Shown: positions 16,241 to 25,046 of the stretch, one piece after another
Numbering within the stretch: the stretch's first letter is position 1
Layout: each line of letters starts with the position of its first letter
Virus record (IMG/VR): IMGVR_UViG_3300023174_000199
Coordinates: 1 to 56,618 of that record
Length of the DNA: 56,618 nt
Source of the DNA: a virus
Lineage: Duplodnaviria; Caudoviricetes
Strand: one strand, 5' to 3'
Notes under the pieces: generated by a model
What the model was told of the DNA's origin: nothing
The model's input: only the letters and a program-made list of their open reading frames with translations
Databases searched by the model: none
Translations under genes and position numbers: made by a program

Positions 16241-18802
16241 TTAGAAGGCCGATACCCTGTCTTGGTATCGATCAAGAGCTGAACCACCTCTTTCATTCCT
16301 AGGTGTTGGTTTAACAGGTACGTAACTAGTATTATTATTTGTACTGCTATTGTTAGATACTATTGGTGTAACATTAGTACTACCGCGCGATGCTTCTCTG
16401 TTAAGATCAGCATTCTCTGTCGAGGCTTTAACAACCTCAGGGCCTGCAGTATTACCCGTTGTCTTAGGTTCAACCGCAGCTACTTGCTTTTGTTTTGCGT
16501 ATTGAGCTTCTACATCTGGAGAATACGTATTACCTGAAGCTTTAGACATCCCAATAACAGCCATTTGTTTATCAGAAAGCGGTTGATTTGGAACAACTCT
16601 CTCACCAGCAATCGTTGTATAACTTTCTGTTTTTGATATAGAAGCACCTGCTGCACCTGCCACGGCGTCTGTACTTTGACTAGCTGTTTTTGAAGCAGTT
16701 ACATCACCAACGGGGTTCTTTGCACCTGGCCCGCCAGATACTTTTTCTTCTTTCTTTTTATTTTGCTTATCGCTTATCTCTTTCATCTTCGCTTTATATT
16801 CAGGCGAATTTATTTTATTTGCTAGCTGTATGAATTCATTCGCCGCAGCATCCATGCCTGCTTTATCATCATTACTTTCTGCTTTACCAAATTTTTTCCA
16901 GGCTGCTTCAGCAGCTTCTACATCTTCCTTCTTACCCTGTAGTTCGTACCCATCCTCATAACCTGCAATTGTACTACCACCGATTTTTTCTTGTAATACC
17001 TTACTCTTTTTAAACTCAACTTTATCTTGTTTCGCAACCGCGGGTGCCCCACCCATTGCCGCGGCCGCAGCTGCACCAGGGGCTGCTTCTTCTTTCTTGC
17101 TTCCAAAGAAGCCCGAAACTGCACTACCTATACCACCCGCTTTATCTTTAAGGTAGTTAATACCTTCACCAGCTTTTTCACCAACGTATTTACCGGCACT
17201 CGAGCCTGCAAAGGCTCCTAAGGCGCCACCCGCTAAACCGCCAATACCTGCACCCACCGCAGTACCAACCGGGCCGCCAATAAACGTACCAATAGTACCA
17301 CCGAGCTTAGCACCTGCAAGACCACCAGCGATTGCGCCGGCTGCCATACCGGTACCTTCCCCAATTGCTCCGCTCTTTTCAACTGTTGCTGTATTACCTA
17401 TTTCTTTTCTAGCAGCTGCAGCTTCTTCTGGTTTCATTTCCCCGGAGTCAACTTTAGCCTGGACCTCGTCCATCTTTGCTTGCTTATTATCTTCGGCCTC
17501 TGTATACCCTTTATACGCAGTGTAGGCGCCCGCACCAACAGCAAGTACAGCACCACCAATCTTAGCCGCTTTACCGAGACTTGCCATTCTACTTGCAAGT
17601 TTACCACCTGCAGCTGCCTTACCGCCTGATGGTATTAAATCAGTTAAACCTAATCCGCCTCCACCGCCACCACCGCCGCCGCCCTCTTTAACTGCTTCAA
17701 TAAGTTCATCTAATTTTTCTACTACTCGTTTATTAGGGTCTTTATTTGGCTCATCAGCTGTTGCAGGTGTTAACGCAAGTCGTATACCTTTTAGTTCTTC
17801 GAGCTGCAGTTTTACAATAGAAAGATTTTGACCTATAAGATCGTTGGTCTCTTTAATTTCTTTTGATATAAGTTCACCCGACGTTTCAATATTATCAGAC
17901 TCTGGATTCACAGAAGCTGCTGTTATCTTTTCGTTAGGCGATTTATCAATCTCTGGTGTAGTTAATGCATCAGCTTTAGCTTGTTTATCAGCAGTAGGTG
18001 ATGCAGCAGTAACTCTTGGATCAAGAGCGTCAAATTCTTTATTTAACTTATCAAGTTCTTTTTGATCTTTTTTAAGCGGGCTAAACCCTTGAGAAGCTGG
18101 CACATCCATCTTCTCTTTTACTTTATTAATCTCGTCTTCTTTTGCTTTTAAAGCATCGTACTTATCTTTACCAGCATCAAGCGCACTCTTACCGCCTTTT
18201 TGAAACTGTGTGCCTTTTGCAGATGCTGCGTAACCTTTTGCAAACCGCTCACGTTCAGGTGTATACCCTGCCTCTGCACTAACTATATCTTTAGCAGTTC
18301 CTAATGCACCTTTAACTGAGTCCTTTACACTACCAAAAGCATTAGATAGGGTCTTTTTAGGGTTAGATGCAAAACCAGCAATACCTTTACCTATACTCTT
18401 CGCCATACCAACAGTACTCTTTAAGCCTTCTGTTAGTGTGTAGTCTTTAGGTAAGTCAGGTAGCTTACCCGTACTCCCAGACTTATTTGACTCATTATCC
18501 GATTTGCCGCTTGCACTATTACTTTTTGCAAAACTATCTTGTATATTTTTTAAAGTCTTATCAATATTTTTTAAATATTCTTCTGATTTTTTTAAATACT
18601 CTTCTGACTTATCTTTAACACCGTGACCCTCAATACCTGCAGCAGCACCTTCAACCTCAGGGTCCATTTTTGGTTGAACTTGGATTGCAGGGGTAGTCAG
18701 CTTACCGCTAGGAGTCAGCTTCTGTTTAACAACACTCTCAGCTTCGTTAAGCTTTTTTAAGTGCTTAACAATAGACTCAAATTTTTCTGACTGCTGTGCC
18801 AT
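16241..18802 (-). CDS. Baseplate hub / tail-length determinant (gp29-like tape measure)
   Basis: 853 aa, Ala/Gly/Lys-rich with GxxxG zipper segments, downstream of gp26/gp51. Assigned mainly by synteny and composition. Confidence 0.6.
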   Translation of the reverse strand: MAQQSEKFESIVKHLKKLNEAESVVKQKLTPSGKLTTPAIQVQPKMDPEVEGAAAGIEGHGVKDKSEEYLKKSEEYLKNIDKTLKNIQDSFAKSNSASGKSDNESNKSGSTGKLPDLPKDYTLTEGLKSTVGMAKSIGKGIAGFASNPKKTLSNAFGSVKDSVKGALGTAKDIVSAEAGYTPERERFAKGYAASAKGTQFQKGGKSALDAGKDKYDALKAKEDEINKVKEKMDVPASQGFSPLKKDQKELDKLNKEFDALDPRVTAASPTADKQAKADALTTPEIDKSPNEKITAASVNPESDNIETSGELISKEIKETNDLIGQNLSIVKLQLEELKGIRLALTPATADEPNKDPNKRVVEKLDELIEAVKEGGGGGGGGGGLGLTDLIPSGGKAAAGGKLASRMASLGKAAKIGGAVLAVGAGAYTAYKGYTEAEDNKQAKMDEVQAKVDSGEMKPEEAAAARKEIGNTATVEKSGAIGEGTGMAAGAIAGGLAGAKLGGTIGTFIGGPVGTAVGAGIGGLAGGALGAFAGSSAGKYVGEKAGEGINYLKDKAGGIGSAVSGFFGSKKEEAAPGAAAAAAMGGAPAVAKQDKVEFKKSKVLQEKIGGSTIAGYEDGYELQGKKEDVEAAEAAWKKFGKAESNDDKAGMDAAANEFIQLANKINSPEYKAKMKEISDKQNKKKEEKVSGGPGAKNPVGDVTASKTASQSTDAVAGAAGASISKTESYTTIAGERVVPNQPLSDKQMAVIGMSKASGNTYSPDVEAQYAKQKQVAAVEPKTTGNTAGPEVVKASTENADLNREASRGSTNVTPIVSNNSSTNNNTSYVPVKPTPRNERGGSALDRYQDRVSAF

Positions 18803-18803
18803 A

Positions 18804-19214
18804 TTATTGATCTAGGTTAGGTTTAACAATTGGTCTTCTTACAACCGGTGTTGGTGCTGGGGTAGAGTAATCACTAGTATTTTCCACGACAGGCGCGAAT
18901 GACGCAGCTGGGGTTGCACTGTAACTTGTTGGTGTATAATTAGATGCAGTACCAGCTACCTTCTCTTGTGTTCTACCCCATGCGGCAATACCGAGTACAG
19001 CGCCCATGGCAAGGTGAAATAAACCAGCCCCTTGTAAGGTAAGCGGATTCCATTGCGTAATTGGTTGCTTAGTAAGTACCTGTAACAAACTCCACAGAAC
19101 AGGAAATATTGCCATATCTAGCATACAGACGATCATATACATCCAACCCATAGCTGGACGCCATTTTTTCTGCATCCAATCTTCTTCTTTTTTTACTACT
19201 ACTTCGTCTGCCAT
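18804..19214 (-). CDS. Holin-like membrane protein (GTA-release 3TM holin-like)
   Basis: WRPAMGWMYM...FHLAMGAVLGIAAWGRTQEK motif. Confidence 0.65.
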   Translation of the reverse strand: MADEVVVKKEEDWMQKKWRPAMGWMYMIVCMLDMAIFPVLWSLLQVLTKQPITQWNPLTLQGAGLFHLAMGAVLGIAAWGRTQEKVAGTASNYTPTSYSATPAASFAPVVENTSDYSTPAPTPVVRRPIVKPNLDQ

Positions 19215-19215
19215 T

Positions 19216-19359
19216 TTACATGTTCCTTGCGTTTTGTTTAATTATCTGTAGCTTATCATTCTCGTGCCTAATATAATCTATCAATAATGAAACGTAAATC
19301 TCCCTCTCCCAAGGCAACATATTTTCAATCTCCGTTAAGCTGTACTTATGATGCTGCAT
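19216..19359 (-). CDS. 51: Small gp51-like baseplate hub assembly protein; frame open upstream to 19422
   Basis: MQHHKYSLTEIENMLPWEREIYVSLL matches the short cyanophage-type gp51. Not in the ORF track. Confidence 0.85.
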   Translation of the reverse strand: MQHHKYSLTEIENMLPWEREIYVSLLIDYIRHENDKLQIIKQNARNM

Positions 19360-19409
19360 TAACGAAAAGTTTAATGTATAAAAGTTAGCTAACGAATCTT
19401 GCGAGAGGG

Positions 19410-20105
19410 TTATACGAAAAAATTCTGTAAACCTTCTAGCCTTGATACGTTATGTTTCTTGCAGTCGGGGCAATCTGATTCTATTACCTGTACGATTTTA
19501 GGTGCGGTAACAAAAAACTGTTCTAACTTATCAAATTGAGATTTAGTTAGGGAGTACAGAAAGGTTTCCATTTCTTGTTTAGTCTGATCTCTTGCTTCCC
19601 AATACTCATCACCTCTGTAGATACCTTTAACGTTGCTAATAATCATATCAATCACTTTATCGTTATCGTCAGATGCAAATATACCTAGAACTTCATCAAT
19701 AGTTGGATACTGCATTTCAATACCCAGATCATCAGTAATTAAAATCTTATTTGTATGACCATCGCCTTTTTCAATTTTAAGGTCATCGATATTAAACTTA
19801 GCATCAATCTTGGTACCGCACTCACAATTAATAATGACATCAACCATCTCACCAATTGATTTAGCTCGAAGATTCATAAAAATGTATTCAACATCGATAT
19901 ACGGAATCTTGGCAACGTTTAGTTTTTCAAACGTACACACATTAACAAGTTCTCTAATAATTCTTGCTACTTCATCGTTCTCCGCATCTGCCATTGTTAA
20001 AAGAATTTTATGCTCTTTAACAAGGAAGGGTCTAAATTTAATCTTACTACCGGTAGAGGGTAATGTCAATTCAAAGGTTGGGGTTTCAAGTACTGGTAAA
20101 GCCAT
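19410..20105 (-). CDS. 26: Baseplate hub subunit/chaperone gp26
   Basis: MALP...FRPFLVKE, LRAKSIGE, C-terminal CPDC...LEGLQNFF. Confidence 0.9.
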   Translation of the reverse strand: MALPVLETPTFELTLPSTGSKIKFRPFLVKEHKILLTMADAENDEVARIIRELVNVCTFEKLNVAKIPYIDVEYIFMNLRAKSIGEMVDVIINCECGTKIDAKFNIDDLKIEKGDGHTNKILITDDLGIEMQYPTIDEVLGIFASDDNDKVIDMIISNVKGIYRGDEYWEARDQTKQEMETFLYSLTKSQFDKLEQFFVTAPKIVQVIESDCPDCKKHNVSRLEGLQNFFV

Positions 20106-20124
20106 TATGTTCTCCTATTATAAA

Positions 20125-20817
20125 TTAGCCACTTAACTGACCTACACCAAAGGCCATGTCATTATTTGTAGTACCTGGACTATACTCACCAGTATACGTT
20201 ACATTTCTCAAACCATTATCTTCTTCATAATCACGAGGCACTTCAGGGTTAAATAATGTACGCTTAATAGATACTTCATTAACCTTTCTTGGATCGCGCC
20301 ATAACCTGTATGCAAATAACATATTCAGTCTATGTGTCTGGTTTGAAGAAGAGTTATTAAGTTCCATCATATTCATGTTACGAGGAAATGCCTCTAGTAA
20401 TTCAATCTCATGTGTAACATTATCTTGTTCATCTATTTGTTTAATATTAATTGTAGTAGCATACTTTTCTTGATAGCTAACAGCAAATGTATTTTTGTTA
20501 ACTATCATGTGCATCCAGTCTTCAAAGAACTTTTTTACTCTCATTTCTCGGTCGACGTGAAACGTCATTGATAGACCTTCTCCCCCATACTCGGAAGACA
20601 TCGGTCTTTGGTATGATGGGCCAAATATCTTAAATGCTTTAGTGTTGATATTCAACATAGGGAAGTTAGTCTGTTCGCAATACAGGTTAACTAAATCCCC
20701 ATCCCCCCAATTCATACCTAATGGTACCTTAATATTAACCTCAAAGCGATTAGTTCTCGCAAGGCCAGCGCCGCTGAGAACTTCTGCTCTGAATCTATCT
20801 AGACTATATGTAGCCAT
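20125..20817 (-). CDS. 54: Baseplate-tail tube initiator gp54-like
   Basis: GLARTNRFEV, FFEDW, EAFP, FAYR tail-tube-fold motifs. ATG 20817 overlaps the gp2 stop. Confidence 0.75.
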   Translation of the reverse strand: MATYSLDRFRAEVLSGAGLARTNRFEVNIKVPLGMNWGDGDLVNLYCEQTNFPMLNINTKAFKIFGPSYQRPMSSEYGGEGLSMTFHVDREMRVKKFFEDWMHMIVNKNTFAVSYQEKYATTINIKQIDEQDNVTHEIELLEAFPRNMNMMELNNSSSNQTHRLNMLFAYRLWRDPRKVNEVSIKRTLFNPEVPRDYEEDNGLRNVTYTGEYSPGTTNNDMAFGVGQLSG

Positions 20818-21386
20818 TAGTATTTTGTCCTTGACTCTCTCCAAACCGTGGCTTTATTTGCACCCACAAACCGTTCAACCGGTAACTGTGATGCAATAAC
20901 CCAATCTGGAAACTTTATGTGTAAAAATCTTGATTGTACATGTTCATATAGATAGTGCTTTACGCAGGCTTTTGCAGGTGCAAGTCTTGATGCACTCTCA
21001 ATAATATTCCACGTAATTCTAATCCTAGTATCTTCATTTAATTTATCATCCATTGCAAAATTATGCAGTGCACCAAGTAACTTAAACCTAGTTGCGTAAG
21101 GTAGATAATGAATGTTTAAACCTATAAACCCTTCATTAACTTTTCGAAAAGGTAATACCAAGGGAAACCGATCCCAATAAGGTAGCGTATCTTTTAATTT
21201 AGCATCATAGAAAAACATGTACATATTACCCGGTAGTATTCTCGTCACCGTATCAGGCACATTTTTCATTAATTTTTCTGGCTTGATAGTAGCCAACTCT
21301 TTTACCTGGGTTTGATACCAGTTAAGAGATTTTTCTGTATCACCAGCTTTTTGCCGGATACTTAAAAAAGGGTTGGTTGTAGCCAT
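20817..21386 (-). CDS. 2: DNA end protector protein gp2
   Basis: YDAKLKDTLPYWDRFPLV, GLNIHYLP and CVKHYL motifs. Confidence 0.9.
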   Translation of the reverse strand: MATTNPFLSIRQKAGDTEKSLNWYQTQVKELATIKPEKLMKNVPDTVTRILPGNMYMFFYDAKLKDTLPYWDRFPLVLPFRKVNEGFIGLNIHYLPYATRFKLLGALHNFAMDDKLNEDTRIRITWNIIESASRLAPAKACVKHYLYEHVQSRFLHIKFPDWVIASQLPVERFVGANKATVWRESRTKY

Positions 21387-21391
21387 ATCTA

Positions 21392-21399
21392 TATTTATA
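21392..21399 (-). promoter_or_regulatory. T4-type late promoter
   Basis: TATAAATA on the minus strand, 5 nt before the gp2 ATG. Confidence 0.8.
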
Positions 21400-21401
21400 G
21401 G

Positions 21402-21848
21402 TTAGTTTATACCTAAATCTTTTTCGGTAAGAACTAAAAATTTCATACCCTTATCAATGCAATACTCATCTGCTGACTTCCATTTAGCCTGGTTAACACC
21501 GTATTGAAAGACCTCTTCAATGAATCTTTTTGTTTGTCTTTTAGGAATTTCAGGTGGTTTTGTGAACTTCTCTGGTTTGATCTCCACTAAATATCTGATA
21601 GTTGTACCTTGTTTTGTAACCACCTTAATATAAAAGTCTACAAAATAGCGATGTAGTTTATTATCAACAGGTGACCGGTAAGGTATAACAGTCGTCTCAG
21701 ATCCCCATTCGACGACAGATGAATTAGTATCGCACCATCTCATGAACTTAAGCTCCCAAGAAGACCGGTAGATAACATCGTTAATGTTGCCCTTGTATTT
21801 TTTAGGGTTTAAAATGCGGTAACGACCTTTGTAAGTAGCTTTATACAT
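21402..21848 (-). CDS. 4: Head completion nuclease gp4
   Basis: YKGRY...NPKKYKG, YRSSWE, HRYFVDF and EIKP motifs. Confidence 0.93.
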   Translation of the reverse strand: MYKATYKGRYRILNPKKYKGNINDVIYRSSWELKFMRWCDTNSSVVEWGSETTVIPYRSPVDNKLHRYFVDFYIKVVTKQGTTIRYLVEIKPEKFTKPPEIPKRQTKRFIEEVFQYGVNQAKWKSADEYCIDKGMKFLVLTEKDLGIN

Positions 21849-21852
21849 AACA

Positions 21853-21882
21853 GATAAATATAACGATAATAACCTATTTATG
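21853..21882. promoter_or_regulatory. Pair of face-to-face late promoters for divergent genes
   Basis: GATAAATA (+, 21853-21860) and CATAAATA (-, 21875-21882). Confidence 0.65.
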
Positions 21883-21890
21883 GGATACCC

Positions 21891-22991
21891 ATGCCAGATA
21901 TACTCGATGATATAACTAATCGTAACCTAGACGAATACATGCGTAAAGCATCAGATTCTGATTCTGGTCCTAAGAATTCGTTCAGTATAAATGTCCATCA
22001 ATACCCTTCCGATCTCGGTTCTCCAGATGTCCTTCACTATATTGAATTTGCAATCAATATGAGGGGTAAGTCAGAGTTTTTACAGGATAAAGCTTTATAC
22101 GAGGTAAAAAGAGATCCTGATGCTGGTGGTATGTCACAAGAGCAGATATCAGAAGTCGCCGGGGTTGGTGCCGGTGCTGCACTGGGTGTTATTGGTGGTA
22201 GTCTTGCATCAAAATTTGTAAAGAAATTCTCTAAAACAGGTGCGGGTAAGTCTATTGCTGCAACAGGGATTGCAGCTGCAGGTGGAGCGGTAGTAGGTTA
22301 TGCAGCTGGTCGGGCCGCGGTAAGTGCTAATGAAATGCTCAAGCCGGATACCACGTTTAGAATTTCTGACGTTATTGCTTTATATGTTGACGGGCCTCCT
22401 ACCGTCAAGTACGGTATGAATTATGCTAATAAAGAGCTTGGTACACTTGCTGGTATTGTATCAGGAGGTCTTATGGAATCTTTAGGTGCTGTAAATCCTT
22501 TTAGTGAAAAAGGAGGGGCTGCAATTGCTGGCTTTGCAAAACTACCCGGAGCATTTGGTGCAGTTGACGTTCAATCAGCTTTGAGTGCATCATCAAAGAC
22601 ATCGTTAAACCCTTTTAAAGAGGTTATCTTTGAGTCAGTAGACTTCAGATCATTTGCATTTAAGTATAAATTCTTACCAAAAAGTAAACAAGAGTCACAA
22701 AAAGTAAAAGACATTATTAAACTTTTTAAATTTCACATGCACCCAGAGATGTCTAAGGATAAGTTATTCTTTATATACCCTTCTGAATTTCAGATTACAT
22801 ATTACTTTGAATCTAAACAAAACGAATACCTCCACAAAATGGCGCCTTGCGTGTTGGAGCATATGGATGTAACTTACGGTAGCGATCAATTCTCGGCATT
22901 TGAAGACGGAAATCCAACTGAAGTTAATATGTCACTTACCTTCCGTGAGACAGAGATTCTTACTAAGAAGATGATTCAGAAGGGGTATTAA
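21891..22991 (+). CDS. 48: Baseplate tail tube cap gp48
   Basis: NPFKEVIFESVDFRSFAFKYKFLPKS, YPSEFQI, LTFRETEILTK. Confidence 0.88.
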   Translation: MPDILDDITNRNLDEYMRKASDSDSGPKNSFSINVHQYPSDLGSPDVLHYIEFAINMRGKSEFLQDKALYEVKRDPDAGGMSQEQISEVAGVGAGAALGVIGGSLASKFVKKFSKTGAGKSIAATGIAAAGGAVVGYAAGRAAVSANEMLKPDTTFRISDVIALYVDGPPTVKYGMNYANKELGTLAGIVSGGLMESLGAVNPFSEKGGAAIAGFAKLPGAFGAVDVQSALSASSKTSLNPFKEVIFESVDFRSFAFKYKFLPKSKQESQKVKDIIKLFKFHMHPEMSKDKLFFIYPSEFQITYYFESKQNEYLHKMAPCVLEHMDVTYGSDQFSAFEDGNPTEVNMSLTFRETEILTKKMIQKGY

Positions 22992-22992
22992 A

Positions 22993-23685
22993 ATGTACTT
23001 TCAAAAGTTTCCTCAAACCCTGTACTCTCTTGATGATAGAAAATCTGTACAAATAGTTACAAACATCTTACAGAGAGTAATTATTAAAGAGACAATAAAG
23101 AATAATTTAAGTCTATTTGATGAGTATGATATTATTGATGGAGAGACACCTGAGATTGTAGCTCATAAGTTCTACAACAATGCAACCTACCATTGGTTAG
23201 TTCTTCATATGAATGATATTATTGACCCAAGGTTTGATTGGCCGCTATCAACTAGAATGCTTAATCAGTACATTCAATCTAAGTATACAAACGTACTTAA
23301 TATACATCATTATGAAGACACAAAAACAAATGTTATAAATGGTAAAGTTATAATAAGATCAACAAACGAGTTTACTAACTTCTATGCTGGTAACGTTGTA
23401 CAGAATATGAGCGGTACAGGGACAGGTATTATTATTGAAAAAACAAATAATGCCAACGTCACCGTTCAAGTTACAGCAGGTGGATTTGCGAGTACAAATA
23501 GAGTAAAAATTCTAGATAGTACATCAACAGGTAACATATCTTCACTTACAGTATTAACAGGTATACCTATTACTAATGATATGTATGAAAATACTATGAA
23601 TGAAACAAAGCGCAGAATTAAAATGCTTAAACCACAATACGTAGAGGCAGTGGTTAAAGAGTTTAATAATAAATTAGGAATGTAA
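22993..23685 (+). CDS. 53: Baseplate wedge protein gp53
   Basis: MYF..FP, DGETPEIVAHKFY...HWLVL, NETKRRIK. Confidence 0.9.
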   Translation: MYFQKFPQTLYSLDDRKSVQIVTNILQRVIIKETIKNNLSLFDEYDIIDGETPEIVAHKFYNNATYHWLVLHMNDIIDPRFDWPLSTRMLNQYIQSKYTNVLNIHHYEDTKTNVINGKVIIRSTNEFTNFYAGNVVQNMSGTGTGIIIEKTNNANVTVQVTAGGFASTNRVKILDSTSTGNISSLTVLTGIPITNDMYENTMNETKRRIKMLKPQYVEAVVKEFNNKLGM

Positions 23686-25046
23686 TGGCTGATAACCAAG
23701 GTGTACAAAAAGCCGGTGATGTGAAGATTGAGCAGCTTAAGCTAATAAGCTCTACAAATGTAATTTACGATCTCACAGAGTTTTTAATGGAGTTAAATCT
23801 GTATGAAGATTTATTCTCAAACTATCTAACGGGCTCTATTGTCTTATCTGATAGCCGTAACTTGTTTGATATGGTACCGATTATTGGTGAAGAGTACTTA
23901 GTACTAAAATTTGTAACACCATCATTTCCAACATCAGTACAAAAGACGTTTAGAATTTATAAGACATCAGACAGACAGGTAGTTCGAGATAAAAATACTC
24001 AAACTTATGCCTTACATTTTGCATCTATTGAATTATTCTATGATATTTTGTTACCATTGTTCACGCCGTTTGAAGGTGAGATAACTGATATTGTTGGTGA
24101 TTTGTTTGATAGCTATATTGCAGAAAATAGAGACTTTCAAATTAGTGAAGCTGCTGACGAAATTAAAGAAATTGAAAACGTCACACCGCTATACGTAAAA
24201 TCTGAAACAGCTAACAAAGTTAAATTTGTATCACCGGGCTGGACGCCGTTTAAATGTATAAATTGGCTTGCATCTAAATCTTTACCAAAAGACGGTAAAG
24301 CAAAGAACTTCATATTCTTTGAGAGTAATAAGAGTTTCTGCTTCACAAGTGTTGAAACATTGTTTAGAGAAGCATACGAGGATAATACTAGTATTGGTAA
24401 GTACTCAATTTCAGCTGCAGGTATCAGACAGAGCGATAACCGCCCCGATCTAGATAGAGAATATTTTCTTGCAAAAGATGTCGAGATGGTAGATACAACT
24501 GATCATATAAAAAACTATACTAATGGATACCTAGCAAGTAGACTACTCACATTGGATGTATACAATAAAGAATACGTAGTAACCGATTATGATTACGTAA
24601 ATGAATACAGTAAACAGTATCATACCTCTGGTGATGGTAAAAAATCAATGCCTGTATTTACCAGCGACTCATTAAGAAATCCTGCAACAAATATTAGCTT
24701 CTATCCCGTTAATCCTAAATTGTTTAATGATTTTTCTGATAACGTCAGTGAGAAGATGAAGGACATATATGGTAATAGAAAATCTAGTTTATTAGATCTT
24801 TCTAACTTAAGAATGAATATATCTGTACCCGGTAGAACGGATGTTGAGGTAGGTAGGGTTCTATATTTTTCTTATCCTGCTATAGCTCCGAGTGACAGCT
24901 CTGATGCAAATGAGACTCAAGAAGATTCAAACTACTCAGGTTACTATTTAATAACAGCTATACGACATAAAGTTAGTAAATTAAATCATACTATGGTAAT
25001 GGAGATTGTTAAAGACTCTCTCACAACAGAAAAAGCGGTGAAGTAA
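23685..25046 (+). CDS. Baseplate hub protein (gp27-like)
   Basis: Lies between gp53 and gp5; PIIGEEYL and SGYYLITAIRH hub motifs. Confidence 0.7.
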   Translation: MADNQGVQKAGDVKIEQLKLISSTNVIYDLTEFLMELNLYEDLFSNYLTGSIVLSDSRNLFDMVPIIGEEYLVLKFVTPSFPTSVQKTFRIYKTSDRQVVRDKNTQTYALHFASIELFYDILLPLFTPFEGEITDIVGDLFDSYIAENRDFQISEAADEIKEIENVTPLYVKSETANKVKFVSPGWTPFKCINWLASKSLPKDGKAKNFIFFESNKSFCFTSVETLFREAYEDNTSIGKYSISAAGIRQSDNRPDLDREYFLAKDVEMVDTTDHIKNYTNGYLASRLLTLDVYNKEYVVTDYDYVNEYSKQYHTSGDGKKSMPVFTSDSLRNPATNISFYPVNPKLFNDFSDNVSEKMKDIYGNRKSSLLDLSNLRMNISVPGRTDVEVGRVLYFSYPAIAPSDSSDANETQEDSNYSGYYLITAIRHKVSKLNHTMVMEIVKDSLTTEKAVK

